Notes: generated from the letters alone by a model not told the origin. Positions 29,775 to 40,035 are shown, counted from the first letter of the stretch. The stretch is 64,000 nucleotides of DNA from an uncultured Gemmatimonadales bacterium (GCA_963708135.1 OY970192.1:288001-352000); one strand, 5' to 3'. A program made the numbers and translations.

Positions 29775-32087
29775 CTAGAACGCGAGCCGGTGCACCACCT
29801 TCGCCACCAGCGCCCCGTTCAGCGGGCGCTCGAGCGAGCGGAGCTCCGGGAAGCGGTAGCGCGCGGAGGGGTCGGTGGTGAAGCCGGAGTTCCAGACCAC
29901 GTAGACGTCGTCGCCGATGACCGGGATCCAGTGGAAGCGCAGGTTGAAGTCGGCGCGCTGGTCCTCGTTGTTGTACTGGACGAAGGCGAGGAAGCTCGTG
30001 CGGGTGGTGAAGGCGTACTCGATGTTGCTGCCGAGGTCCACGGCCGTGAAGTGGCCGTCCGGCAGGCTGGCGGTGGTGCGGTTCAGCCGCACGCCCAGGA
30101 TCAGGTGGCCGCCGCCGCGCCAGTCGCCGGAGAGCTCGAGGTCGGTCGAGTGGCCGCCGTAGAAGCCGCCCCAGCCGAGCTGTGCCTGGCCGCTCAGCGC
30201 GCCGGCGGACGAGCTCTCCAGCTGCACCTCGCCCCGCGTCCACCAGTAGCGGCCGGCCGGGACACTGATGTCGTTGAAGATGTCGAAGGAGTCCGTGGGC
30301 GCGTCCATCTCGCGCTGGACGTTGGCCTCGAAGCGCGCGCCCGACTGGAAGTCCGCGCCGAGCACGCGCCACTCGAAGCGCGCGTACTGCCAGTCGGCGG
30401 GTTTCGTGAGGCTGCCGGTCTCGTCGGCGATGATGTCCCAGCTGGGGATCGGCTTGAGGTCGAGCTGCCGGATCCCGAGCACGCCCGGCCGCGGCTGCAG
30501 GTCGATGTGCCCGGAGGTCTCGCGGATACCCGTGCGGCGCACGAAGCCGAGGGTGGGGTTGAAGCCGGCGTCGATGCCGTAGAAGGAGACGAAGCCGTCC
30601 ACCAGGTCGTTGGGGTAGTCGAGCCCCAGTCGCCACGCGGCCGCCCGGCCGGTCGAGTCGGGCACGTCCGTGCCCGCCACCCAGAAGGAGGGCTGGAGGT
30701 TCCGTCCGCCCACGACGAGCGGGAAATCCCCGTCGATCCCCAGGGCCCGCTGGCCATGCGGGACGCCGGGCCCGGAGCGGTTCACGGCCATGAGCCCGAC
30801 CGAGGCACGGGCCAGGAGGTCGTGCTTCACCCGGACGACGACGTCGTTCGCCGCGTCGTCGCCGCCCGTGCGGGCGTCCATGAAGCCGAGCGTCCACGGG
30901 CCCACGCGGCCGTAGACGCGCGCGCCGCCCAGGATCGGCACCGGGTCGCCCGTCTCCTCGTTCAGCCCGACGCGCCGCGAGTAGAAGAGCGTCGTCCGCT
31001 CGCGTGAGCCGAAGTCGAAGAGCGCGCTCGACTCCAGGAAGAACTCACGCTTCTCCGGGAAGAAGAGCGGGAAGCGCGTCAGGTTGATCACCTGCCGGTC
31101 CGCCTCGACCTGCGCGAAGTCCGGGTTGACGGTCAGGTCGGCGGTCATCGTCGCCGTGAGGGAGAGCTTGGCGTCGAGGCCGACCTGGCCGTCCAGCGTC
31201 GAGCCGCCGAGGGCCTCGCCGGAGGGGTCGTGCTCGGGCGCGATCGCCCGGCCGAGCAGGTACGGTCGCAGCGCCCACGGGTGGCCACCCCCCAGCCGGC
31301 CCAGCCCGGCGAGCGAGCCCTCGTAGAGCTGCTCGTACAGCCCCTGCGACCGTCCCCACGAGCGCCACAGGTCCTCCTCGTTCCTGCGCCGGATGAAGCG
31401 TCGCACATTGAAGCCGAACACCGGCGCGGCGCCCGCCGGGTAGCGCAGGGTGCGGAACGGGATGCGCAGCTCCGCCGTCCAGCCGCCTTCGTCCCGGGTC
31501 ACCGCGACGTCCCAGATCCCGTTCCAGTTGTCGTTCGGATGATCGCCGCCGGAAAGCTGCGCGTCCCAGCGCGCGCCGTTCGGGTTTGTCCGGAACAGGA
31601 AGGCCGTGCGCCGGTCGTGGAAGCCGTCGATCAGCACCGTGAGGTTGTCGTCCGCCCGGAAGTCGCCGTCGCGCCGCAGCGTCGCGGCCCGGATCCCCGC
31701 CGGGTCATCATCGTACGCCCGGATGGCGACGTAGAGTGCCTCGTGGTCCCGTGCCACCCGCACCACCGTCCGCTCCGACGCCGGCGCGCCCTCGTCCGGC
31801 TCCCGCTGCCGGAAGTCGTCGATCGAGTCCGCCGCGGCCCAGACCGGCTCGAGCAGCCGCCCGTCCAGCTTCACCGACGTCTGCACGGCCGCCGCCGTCA
31901 GCGTGGCCGCCGCCGTGGCGGACGGCGGCAGGTGCTCCGAGGCCGTCTCCTGCGCGCGCCCCGGTAGCGCCGGAACGAGCACGCACAGGCAGGCGAGCGC
32001 GAGGGCGGCGGCCGGCGCGCGCAGCCGGCCGCGCCGACGCGCGCCGGCGCCGCGGCTCTCCTGGAGACCTGGGGGTCGAGGGGTCAT
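29775..32087 (-). CDS. CBM9-like domain plus DUF5916 outer-membrane protein
   Basis: LDGRLLEPVW, FRTNPNG, WTAELRIPFRTLRY, DLTVNPDFAQVEAD..NLTRFPLFFPEKREFFLE; terminal Phe. Confidence 0.85.
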   Translation of the reverse strand: MTPRPPGLQESRGAGARRRGRLRAPAAALALACLCVLVPALPGRAQETASEHLPPSATAAATLTAAAVQTSVKLDGRLLEPVWAAADSIDDFRQREPDEGAPASERTVVRVARDHEALYVAIRAYDDDPAGIRAATLRRDGDFRADDNLTVLIDGFHDRRTAFLFRTNPNGARWDAQLSGGDHPNDNWNGIWDVAVTRDEGGWTAELRIPFRTLRYPAGAAPVFGFNVRRFIRRRNEEDLWRSWGRSQGLYEQLYEGSLAGLGRLGGGHPWALRPYLLGRAIAPEHDPSGEALGGSTLDGQVGLDAKLSLTATMTADLTVNPDFAQVEADRQVINLTRFPLFFPEKREFFLESSALFDFGSRERTTLFYSRRVGLNEETGDPVPILGGARVYGRVGPWTLGFMDARTGGDDAANDVVVRVKHDLLARASVGLMAVNRSGPGVPHGQRALGIDGDFPLVVGGRNLQPSFWVAGTDVPDSTGRAAAWRLGLDYPNDLVDGFVSFYGIDAGFNPTLGFVRRTGIRETSGHIDLQPRPGVLGIRQLDLKPIPSWDIIADETGSLTKPADWQYARFEWRVLGADFQSGARFEANVQREMDAPTDSFDIFNDISVPAGRYWWTRGEVQLESSSAGALSGQAQLGWGGFYGGHSTDLELSGDWRGGGHLILGVRLNRTTASLPDGHFTAVDLGSNIEYAFTTRTSFLAFVQYNNEDQRADFNLRFHWIPVIGDDVYVVWNSGFTTDPSARYRFPELRSLERPLNGALVAKVVHRLAF

Positions 32088-32420
32088 CGAACAGCTTCTC
32101 GATCAGTGGATTCGCGGCCGTGCGGCGGCCGCGAGGTCGTGCCGATTCTAGGGAAAGGCGACGGTGCGCGGAAGGGGCCGCGGCGATGTGATGCACCTTG
32201 GGCGGTCCGGCGCCGCGCGCCGTCGGGCGCGGCCGTACGGAACCGGGACGCGCGTTCCCGCAACCGGACGGCGTGGTGGCGCGGCGCCACCGCCGCGGAT
32301 CCGCCAACCTCTTGTCGCATGGTGCGATGCGCGCGCGGCGCCGCGCGGCACCGGCTCTTGCACGGCCGTGCCGGCGCCCGGCCGCGGGGTCGGGGTCTTC
32401 TCGATCGGCGACGGTGCCCC

Positions 32421-34838
32421 ATGCTTTCGATGCTCGCCTCCCTCCGCCACGCGCTGCGCGGACTCCGCAGGACCCCCTCCTTCTCCATCCCCGCCATTCT
32501 CGTGCTCGCCGTCGGCATCGGCGCGAGCGTGGCGGTCTACGGCGTGGTGGATGCGATCCTGTTCCGGCCGCTCGACATCCCTGACGCGGATCGCGTGGCC
32601 ACGATCTGCGAGACCAACCCGGCGGCTGGCGACTACTGCTCGGTGTCCACCCCGGACCTCGTGGACTGGGCCCGCGCCGGCGGCGTGTTCGACGCGATCG
32701 GCGCCGCGCGCACGGAGTCGATGGCGCTGCGTACCGCGCGCGGGGCGGCGGGCGTGAACGTCGGGATCGCGATGCCTGGCTTCCTCCGCGCCGTGGGCGC
32801 ATCGGTGGCGCGCGGGCGGATGCTCGTGGACGCGGACGGCCCACCGGCCGGGGACGGCAGGACGGTCGTGGTGAGCGATGAGTTCTGGCGCTCCGAGCTG
32901 GGCGGCGCGCCGGACGTGCTCGGCCGGACGATCGTGCTGGACGGGAAGCGCTACGCGGTGGTCGGCGTGCTCCGCCCCGGCACGGCGATTCCGCGCCTCG
33001 GCGGCGTGCGCGTCTGGATGCCGCTGCCATGGGACCCGGCCACCCCCGCGAACCGCGACTGGCGCGGCTTCGTGGCCGCCGCCCACCTCGCGCCGGGTGT
33101 GAGCATGGCGCGCGCGCAGGCCCGCCTCCGCGCGACCCAGGTCGCGCTGGCCGCCGCCTACCCGGACGCCGTGCGCGGCTGGGGGGTGGACGTGCACGGG
33201 ATGCGCGAGCTCATCGTGCGCGGCGCGCGCCCGCTGCTGCTCGCGTTCCTCGCCGCCGTCGCGCTCGTCCTGCTGCTCGTGTGCGCCAACGTGGCGGGGC
33301 TCCTGCTCGCGCGCGCCACCGCCCGGGAGAGGGAGATGGCGGTGCGCTTCGCCCTGGGTGCCGGGCGCGGGCGGCTCGTCGGGCAGCTGCTCGTCGAGAG
33401 CGTGGTCCTGTCGGTGCTGGGCGGGGCGCTCGGCGCGCTCCTGGCCGGCTGGGGCGTGGACGCGTTCCGCGCGCTCGCGCCCGCCGACATCCCGCGCCTG
33501 GACGAGGTCGCGGTGGACGGACGGCTGCTCCTCGCGGCCGCTGCCCTTTCCCTCGGGGCCGGCGTGCTCGTCGGACTCCTGCCGGCCCTCTCGCTCGGCA
33601 CGCCCCGCACCGCCCAGGTGTTCCGCGCCGGGCGCGGCTCATCGGCGGACCGGCGCACGCGCGCCGCGCGCCGGGCCCTCGTGGCCGGCCAGCTCGCGCT
33701 CGCGCTCGTGCTCGTCACCAGCGCCGGCCTGCTGCTGCGCAGCTTCTCCAACATGCTCGACTGGCGGCCCGGCTTCGACACGGACCATCTGCTCACCTTC
33801 TGGACCGTGGCCTCGCCCGGGAAGTACCCGCAGCCGGCGCAGGCGCTCGGCTTCTACGACCGCGTGGGCGCCGCGCTGCGCGCGCAGCCTGCGGTGCGCT
33901 CGGTCGGCACGGTGTCCGCCGGCCCGCTCTTCGGCGGTGGCGACGGCCGCACGCCCATCCTCGTCGCGGGGCGGGGCTGGACGCGGCAGGAGGCGCCGCG
34001 CGTGGCCTGGTACGACGCGGGCCCCGACTACTTCCCCACGCTCGGCCTGCCCCTCCTGCGTGGCCGGCTGTTCGGTCCCGACGACGACGCCGGCTCGCCC
34101 ACCGTCGTCGTGATCAACCACGCCATGGCCGAGCGCTACTGGCCGGGGCGGGACCCGATCGGCGCGACGCTCTCGCTGCCCGAGCTCGACAGCGTGCCCA
34201 CGGTCCGCGTCGTCGGCGTCGTGGGAGACGTGAAGCCGTTCCTGCCCGACGCGCCGACGGAGCCCGAGCTGTACTTCTCGAATCGCCAGCGCACCCGCTT
34301 TGCGACGTACTTCGTGGTCCGGACCGACGGCGACCCCGCCGCCCTCGCTCCCGCCGTGCGCGCCGCGCTCGCCGGCGTCGATCCCGACGCCGAGGCCTCG
34401 CACCTCGGCACCATGCGGAGCCACATCGGCGGCCAGCTCGTGCGCCCGCGCTTCGAGATGCTCCTCGCCGCCGTCTTCGCCGCCATCGCGCTGCTCCTCG
34501 GCATCATCGGCGTGTACGGCGTGATCGCCTACACCATCGAGGCCCGCGCCAGCGAGATCGGCGTCCGCCTCGCCCTCGGCGCCACTCCCGCCGGCGTGAT
34601 CCTCTGGGTCCTCGGCGATGCGGGGCGCATGATCGCCGCCGGCTGCCTCGCGGGCCTCGGCGGCGCGCTCCTCTTCGGCCGCCTGCTCGCCGGCATGATC
34701 CACGGCGTCTCGGGCCACGACCCCGCCGTGCTCCTCGGCGCCGCGGGCCTCCTCACGCTCGGCGCCCTCGCCGCCGCGCTCCGCCCCGCGCTGCGGGCGG
34801 GCCGCCTGGACCCTATGGTGACGCTCCGGAACGAGTAG
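32421..34838 (+). CDS. ADOP-family duplicated ABC permease
   Basis: SLRHALRGLRRTPSF..LAVGIGA, LLLVCANVAGLLL, EIGVRLALGA, RLDPMVTLRNE. Start 32421 or 32430. Confidence 0.92.
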   Translation: MLSMLASLRHALRGLRRTPSFSIPAILVLAVGIGASVAVYGVVDAILFRPLDIPDADRVATICETNPAAGDYCSVSTPDLVDWARAGGVFDAIGAARTESMALRTARGAAGVNVGIAMPGFLRAVGASVARGRMLVDADGPPAGDGRTVVVSDEFWRSELGGAPDVLGRTIVLDGKRYAVVGVLRPGTAIPRLGGVRVWMPLPWDPATPANRDWRGFVAAAHLAPGVSMARAQARLRATQVALAAAYPDAVRGWGVDVHGMRELIVRGARPLLLAFLAAVALVLLLVCANVAGLLLARATAREREMAVRFALGAGRGRLVGQLLVESVVLSVLGGALGALLAGWGVDAFRALAPADIPRLDEVAVDGRLLLAAAALSLGAGVLVGLLPALSLGTPRTAQVFRAGRGSSADRRTRAARRALVAGQLALALVLVTSAGLLLRSFSNMLDWRPGFDTDHLLTFWTVASPGKYPQPAQALGFYDRVGAALRAQPAVRSVGTVSAGPLFGGGDGRTPILVAGRGWTRQEAPRVAWYDAGPDYFPTLGLPLLRGRLFGPDDDAGSPTVVVINHAMAERYWPGRDPIGATLSLPELDSVPTVRVVGVVGDVKPFLPDAPTEPELYFSNRQRTRFATYFVVRTDGDPAALAPAVRAALAGVDPDAEASHLGTMRSHIGGQLVRPRFEMLLAAVFAAIALLLGIIGVYGVIAYTIEARASEIGVRLALGATPAGVILWVLGDAGRMIAAGCLAGLGGALLFGRLLAGMIHGVSGHDPAVLLGAAGLLTLGALAAALRPALRAGRLDPMVTLRNE

Positions 34839-34857
34839 GGATTGACCACCGCTCCGC

Positions 34858-35078
34858 CTACGGCGAGTCCAGCAGCTTCAGCGCCTCCTTGTAGCGCCGC
34901 AGCCGCTCGACGCCTTGTCGGTGATGGTCTCGATCCGCGTGACGTCGAGGTTGTCCAGGAGGTCCGCCCGCTTCACCCTCCGCGCGATCGGGTGCGCCGC
35001 CGCGCGCTGCACGAAGGCCATGTACTCCTCCCCGTGCTCGCGGCGCCACGTCAGCGCCTCGACGGCGGAGATGGCCAT
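34858..35078 (-). pseudogene. C-terminal remnant of a small HD-domain (RelA/SpoT hydrolase-like) protein with a 1-nt deletion
   Basis: AVEALT..GEEY..FVQRAAAHPIARRVKRADLLDNLDVTRI; a frameshift near 34912 continues VERLRRYKEALKLL. The N-terminal HD part is missing. Confidence 0.6.
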
Positions 35079-35173
35079 TCGCGGCCAGCGGGGTTGCGGC
35101 GAGGCAGACGGCGGCGAGGATCGAGAGGACGCATCGTCGCACGGCGGTCACCCGGATCGAGGTCTCGCGGCCG

Positions 35174-35857
35174 TCACGCGATCCGCGCCTCCAGCGCGGC
35201 GGCGAGCTCGCGGGGGCGGCAGAACTGCGGGCAATGCCCGCCGGGGATCTCTTCCGGTTCGACCTGGAGGCGCTCGCGGCTCACGCGCCGCATCCACTCC
35301 GGCGAGATCGTCCGGTCCTCGCGGCAAACCAGGAAGCGCACCGGCACGGTCGGCCAGGCATCCAGCGGGCAGATCTCGTCGAGCACGCCTGTGGCGAGGT
35401 GGACGCGGATGCGGTCGAGCGCCCACGCGGCCGAATCCGCGTTGCAGTCGTGCAGCAGGAACTCTCGTGCGACGGCCTCCTCCCTCGGATCGCGACCGAG
35501 CCAGCCTGGAGCGAACATGGACGGGTCCCTCCGTGCCTGCTGCCGCAGGCTGGCGCCGATCTCGGGGACGACCGCCGCCAGGAAGGTGAGCCGCTTCGGC
35601 GGGCGCTCCCGAGCGGCGAGGGGGACGTACAGCCCGGCCGAGGAGTGGCCCACGAGCTCCACGATGCCCCGGTCGTGCCCGCTCCGGTCGATCGCCTCGA
35701 CAATGGCGCCGGCGTAGTAGGCCGACCCCGCCTCCGGCCGATCGTTCGGGAGCTCCGGGCAGAAGACCTCGTGCCCGCGTTTCTCCAGCGCCTCCTTCAC
35801 CAGAGCCCAGCCGTCGGCTCCGTGCACGCTTCCGTGGACCAGGCAGAATACGCTCAT
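35174..35857 (-). CDS. Alpha/beta fold hydrolase
   Basis: CLVHGSVHG..W, LVGHSSAG nucleophile elbow, EDR Asp, GGH His. Confidence 0.88.
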   Translation of the reverse strand: MSVFCLVHGSVHGADGWALVKEALEKRGHEVFCPELPNDRPEAGSAYYAGAIVEAIDRSGHDRGIVELVGHSSAGLYVPLAARERPPKRLTFLAAVVPEIGASLRQQARRDPSMFAPGWLGRDPREEAVAREFLLHDCNADSAAWALDRIRVHLATGVLDEICPLDAWPTVPVRFLVCREDRTISPEWMRRVSRERLQVEPEEIPGGHCPQFCRPRELAAALEARIA

Positions 35858-36381
35858 CCCGGCTCGGCTGCTTCGTCCCGAGTCCCGGGACGGCTCACGC
35901 GTCCGCTCTCGAGCAGCCGGGCCAGCTTGTCGAGCGACTGGCGGGTTCCCGCCTCGTTGTCCTCGGGCCTGATCCCGGGCGGGATATCGGCGAACTCGAT
36001 CGTGACGCGCGTCCCGCCACTCTCCTCCTCGAGCGTGACGTCCATCAGCATCTCGCCGGAGAAGGCCGGGTCGTCCGATTCGAACGTGACCGCCTGCAGG
36101 ATCCGGCGCGGCGGCGAGAGATCCACGAAGCGCGCGAAGAATCGATCTTCCCGGGCCGCCGTCTTCCCCGGATTGCCCGCCGCGTGCGCCGGGTAGAACA
36201 GCGACATCCGATACCCGCCGCCCACGCGTCGCTCGAGCTCGTGGACCTGCCCGGTCATGCCGTCCGGCGCGAGCCAGGCGGCAAGAGCGTCGGCGTCCAG
36301 GAAGGCGTCGTAGACGAGCTGTCGGGGCGCGCGGATCAGGCGGGAGTTGCGCGAGGACCGGTTCGAGGCTGGCGCGGGCAA
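35854..36381 (-). CDS. SRPBCC/AHSA1 domain protein
   Basis: RLIRAPRQLVYDAF..WLAP, RVGGGYRMSL, GTRVTI, SLDKLA. ATGA overlap with the next gene. Confidence 0.85.
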   Translation of the reverse strand: MPAPASNRSSRNSRLIRAPRQLVYDAFLDADALAAWLAPDGMTGQVHELERRVGGGYRMSLFYPAHAAGNPGKTAAREDRFFARFVDLSPPRRILQAVTFESDDPAFSGEMLMDVTLEEESGGTRVTIEFADIPPGIRPEDNEAGTRQSLDKLARLLESGRVSRPGTRDEAAEPG

Positions 36382-36564
36382 GGATCCCTCCGTCTCGAGG
36401 TTGCGGCCGGAGCCTGGGAGCCTGGCTGGCTCAGGCCCAACCTAGCGCCCGTCCGTGCGGCGGGGAATCCGCGCCGGAGCCCCCGCACCGGGCGCCGAGG
36501 AGCCCGTGGCGGGCGCACCCGCGGGGCGCTCGCCGGGGTCGCGACCGTCCTCGTGCGTCACGCT

Positions 36565-37368
36565 TCACGGCCCGCGCCGGCCCCACCGCCGCGACGGCTC
36601 CAGCCCGCTCCGCACCGCCTGCAGCGTCCCCTCGAGCAGCTGCCCCTCGAAGCAGCCGAGGGTGTACGGGTACTCCCGCGTCATCCGGTAGGCGTAGTGG
36701 TAGGTTCAGACGTTGTGGTAGTGGTACTGCGAGTTGGCCTGCGGATGCCCGTCGCACGCGTCCTGGATCTCGTGCGCCGCGGCGTCGCGCCCCGCGTTGT
36801 CCAGCGCGCTGTACAGCGCCACGCCCGACACCGTGAAGCCGATCATCCCCATCGGCAGGCACGCCGGCTCCGCCGCGACGATGGGCTTCGCCGGGATCTC
36901 GAAGCGCAGCTCCTGCGCGCCGACGTGGTTCGGATTGGTGTCGTAGCGGTATACGGAATCGGTCCGGGCGATGGGGAAGACCCCCGTCGGCTCGCGCACG
37001 GGCAGCCCGTTTCCGCTGAAGGCCAGGTCGCCGCCGTCCGGCGCCAGCGTGAACGCCGCATCCGGCCAGAACACCCGCCCCGAGACGTGCGGCTTCTCCG
37101 CCGGATTCCACGTCGCGCCGTGGAACCAGGGGCCGTCGTGCCGGGCGCCACCCGCGCGGAAGCTCGTGCGGCAGGCGTAGACGCTGCCGGCGGCCGGGTG
37201 GTCGGTCACGTGGCCGTCGCCGAGCGGGAGCGCCTGCGCGCGGGCGCCGGCAGCCAGCAGCAGCAGCGCCGCGAGGGCGGCGGGCACGGCCGTACGCGCC
37301 GCCCCTCGGCCGCCGCGGCCGCCGCAGCAACGCTCTCCCGGCCGGCGCCCGGGCGGGTTAGCTTGCAC
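36565..37368 (-). pseudogene. YHYH-family secreted protein interrupted by an in-frame TGA (36706-36708), probably with an internal deletion
   Basis: GNGLP, IGFTVSGV, DACDGHP, QYHYH, then TGA, then in frame TYHYAYRMTREYPYTLGCFEG to a stop at 36565. Start uncertain (GTG 37368 or 37287). Confidence 0.75.
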
Positions 37369-37420
37369 TGCGCGGGGTCGGGCCGGGGTGCGGGTGTTCC
37401 CACCTTCTCCAGGAGGGATC

Positions 37421-38251
37421 ATGGGTCTACTCTCCGGGTCCGGCCGAAGCCAGCCGGGCCACGCGCAGCTGTCCAGGCTTGCCGCCGCGGTGGAGGCCGG
37501 CGGCCACGGCGTCCCGGGCGATGCCGCTCCCGCCGCCCGCCGTGCCTCGCCGGGCGCCGTCGCGGCGAGGGTGCTGCTTCACGCGGGCTTCCTGCTCATC
37601 GCCATCGGCTGCTTCGCGGCTTACCTGCACTTCCACCTCGAGGGCCGCTCCACCGCGTCGCTCGTGAGCCTTGCGGCCGCCGCCGTGTTCGGCTTCGCGC
37701 CGGTCCGCGACGTTCTTCGCGTCGCCTTCGGGCTCGAGGGGAAGGCGCTGCACCTCGTTCACGCGCTGGGCGGGCTGGGGCTCATCGCGCTGCCGGTGAC
37801 GGGCGCCGTCTCCGGCACCCCGATCCTGAGCCACGCCGCCACGGCGCCCTTCGCCATGATGGGCGCGGCGCAGGCGATGATGCACCAGAACCACCCGCGC
37901 AACGCCGCGCAGGCCGCCGCCCTGCAGCGCTTCGCCGCGAGCATCCCGGAGGTCGCCACCTTCACCTCCTCGAAGGACCTCGCCTCGCCGCAGAACGCGG
38001 CGCGCGCCGTGTCGGCCCTCTCCGACATCCTGTCGAAGGCACAGGCCCTGGGCCAGACGGAGCTCGACTCCGACCCAGGCTTTCAGAACGCGCTGCGGCA
38101 GGTATCCACGCGCGTCGGCGCCGGCCTCGGCCTGGACATGGTCCAGGTCGCGCTCGACCGCATGGCCGCGAACCCCGCCACGGCCGGCGCGGTGCCGGGG
38201 CTGCGCAAGCGGCTGGAGAGCGCGAGAAGGTCGTTCGGCCGCGGCTCGTGA
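37421..38251 (+). CDS. Hypothetical membrane protein
   Basis: AGGAGG RBS before ATG 37421; 3-4 TM segments followed by a soluble helical C-terminus; genome-like codon usage. Confidence 0.7.
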   Translation: MGLLSGSGRSQPGHAQLSRLAAAVEAGGHGVPGDAAPAARRASPGAVAARVLLHAGFLLIAIGCFAAYLHFHLEGRSTASLVSLAAAAVFGFAPVRDVLRVAFGLEGKALHLVHALGGLGLIALPVTGAVSGTPILSHAATAPFAMMGAAQAMMHQNHPRNAAQAAALQRFAASIPEVATFTSSKDLASPQNAARAVSALSDILSKAQALGQTELDSDPGFQNALRQVSTRVGAGLGLDMVQVALDRMAANPATAGAVPGLRKRLESARRSFGRGS

Positions 38252-38385
38252 GGCAGGGTTCGCTCGCGGACCCGGTCGCTCGCGCTTCCGAGGCGTCTAC
38301 CGCCGCTGGGGGTATCCTCGGAGCGGAGCACGGCACCGGCCGGTTCTGCGCGCGGATCGCCGCCGCCCGTTGACCGGCATTTTTC

Positions 38386-38874
38386 TCACATCCCGAACTG
38401 CCGCAGGTGGTGATCGGCGTGGCGGTACCCCCACCGGCCCCATTCGGCGGCGGCGAGCGGGCCGAACAGCGGGTGGGTGCGGCCGCCCAACGTCGCCTCG
38501 GAGGCGATGAAACGCTCGAGCAGCGAGATGAGCCCGGCCAGGTCGCGCTGGAATTCGACGGGCGGCGTGCCGGCGCGCTCCTGGTCCCATTCCGCGATCG
38601 TCGCCACCCCCCTCGGCCACGGCATGGGCGTGTGGAAGGCGACCCGGCGCAGGAGCATGCGTCCCGCGAGCGTGACCCGCGCTGGGGCCCGCCGCTCGCC
38701 GAGCGCGTCGCGGTAGGCGTCGCTCAGGTGGCAGACCATCTGGTGCGCGCTCATCCGTCCCCAGCGGGCCGGGGCATCGGGCGTGAGGGCGCGCAGGCGG
38801 CCGAGGATCGCGGCGCCGCCGTCCGCGTGGAATAGGCTGTCGGCGGGCGGGCGGTCCGGACCCCCGCCCGTCAC
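38386..38874 (-). CDS. DinB-like/DUF1569 family protein
   Basis: WGRMSAHQMVCHL, HPLFGPL...W..HADHHLRQFG. Confidence 0.85.
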   Translation of the reverse strand: MTGGGPDRPPADSLFHADGGAAILGRLRALTPDAPARWGRMSAHQMVCHLSDAYRDALGERRAPARVTLAGRMLLRRVAFHTPMPWPRGVATIAEWDQERAGTPPVEFQRDLAGLISLLERFIASEATLGGRTHPLFGPLAAAEWGRWGYRHADHHLRQFGM

Positions 38875-39401
38875 GGCAGCGGGATCGCACGCATAAGCCC
38901 GTCCGCTCCTCGTCCCCGCCGGACCTCGTCGCCTGGCTGAGCCGCGTCCTTCACCACCAGCTCGACCTCGCAGCCCAGCACGTGCAGGAGCGACAGCATC
39001 TGCCCGACCGACTTGCGGTAGTTGGTCTGGTCCAGCAGCCGGTAGAGCTGACTCGCGGACGTCCCGAGCCGACGGCTCATCTCGCGCTTGCTCAGCGCCG
39101 TCGCCTCGGCCCGGCGCTGCGCCTCGAGCGTCAGCTTGTAGAGGAGGAGGTTGCGCAGGTACCCCGGGTCGTCATTGTACTCGAGCACCGCATCGAGGGC
39201 CACGCTGTCCTCCGTCCCGTCGGTCAGCACGTAGGTGAACGCGTCGCCGCCGAGCTCCGCATCGACCCGGGCCCCCTCGATCCGGTTCTCCGGCGTCGGC
39301 TGCAGGCGCAGCCGCGCGTACGGGAAATCCAGCACACCCTCCGAAGTCTCCACCTCGAAGGCGCGGCGGCGGTTGTTCACGGTGACGGCACGGATGCTCA
39401 C
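38871..39401 (-). CDS. Antitoxin-like protein with C-terminal helix-turn-helix
   Basis: LSKREMSRRLGTSASQLYRLLD HTH; follows a palindrome-containing promoter and a small-gene remnant. Confidence 0.7.
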   Translation of the reverse strand: MSIRAVTVNNRRRAFEVETSEGVLDFPYARLRLQPTPENRIEGARVDAELGGDAFTYVLTDGTEDSVALDAVLEYNDDPGYLRNLLLYKLTLEAQRRAEATALSKREMSRRLGTSASQLYRLLDQTNYRKSVGQMLSLLHVLGCEVELVVKDAAQPGDEVRRGRGADGLMRAIPLP

Positions 39402-39457
39402 GGTCGCCCTTCCAGCTCACGAAGACGGAGTCGCCCCGGGCGGATCTCGCCCGCGAA

Positions 39458-39486
39458 ACGTTACCTCTCGTGGTAACGGTCGTCAA
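39458..39486 (-). promoter_or_regulatory. Promoter with palindromic operator of the decayed TA-like locus
   Basis: Minus strand TTGACG-17nt-TAACGT; palindrome CGTTACC-N6-GGTAACG (39459-39478). Confidence 0.65.
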
Positions 39487-39554
39487 CGGGTCGCGACGCC
39501 CCTCACGCTTGCCGAAACCGATCGCCGCGGCGCCAACCCTGGACGTCGGCAGCG

Positions 39555-39995
39555 CTACAGCTCCTTCCGGAAGCACCGCACGATCCCCGCGTCCTCGAAC
39601 CCGCAGGCCAGGTGCGCGTCGATGCTGGCTCCGTTGTCGAGCGCCGTGTCCGAGGCGAATTCCGCGCAGCCGGAGCTTCGTGCCCAGTCCTCCGACGCCG
39701 CCAGCATGGCTCTTCCGATCCCCTCGCCGCGCCGCTCCTCGCGGACGAACCAGCCCTCCAGGTACGCCACCCGGTCCGTGGCGCACCCTTCGGCGCAGGG
39801 CCGGATGGACAGCTCCGCGAAGCCGACGAGCGTCCCACCCTCCGCCGCGACCATCACCGCCCGCGGCTCCGCGGCATGGCCCGCCAGGAACCGGTCGATC
39901 TCGGGCCCGTGGTTCTCCGCACCCTCGGGCCAGAGCAGCATCCGCATCTCCAGCCACTGGTCCCGGTCCGCGGGTTGCGCAGGTCGCACCCTCAT
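39555..39995 (-). CDS. Aminoglycoside 6'-N-acetyltransferase-like GNAT (AAC(6')-I type)
   Basis: WLEMRMLLWP, GFAELSIR, EGC, AYLEGWFV, RGEGIGR, GCAEFASD, S..AHLACGF, FRK; this pattern is typical of AAC(6')-Ic/Iy-like proteins. Confidence 0.8.
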   Translation of the reverse strand: MRVRPAQPADRDQWLEMRMLLWPEGAENHGPEIDRFLAGHAAEPRAVMVAAEGGTLVGFAELSIRPCAEGCATDRVAYLEGWFVREERRGEGIGRAMLAASEDWARSSGCAEFASDTALDNGASIDAHLACGFEDAGIVRCFRKEL

Positions 39996-40035
39996 CGCCT
40001 CCACCCGTGCGCGCGCGTGCGCCGCCGCCCGTTCT

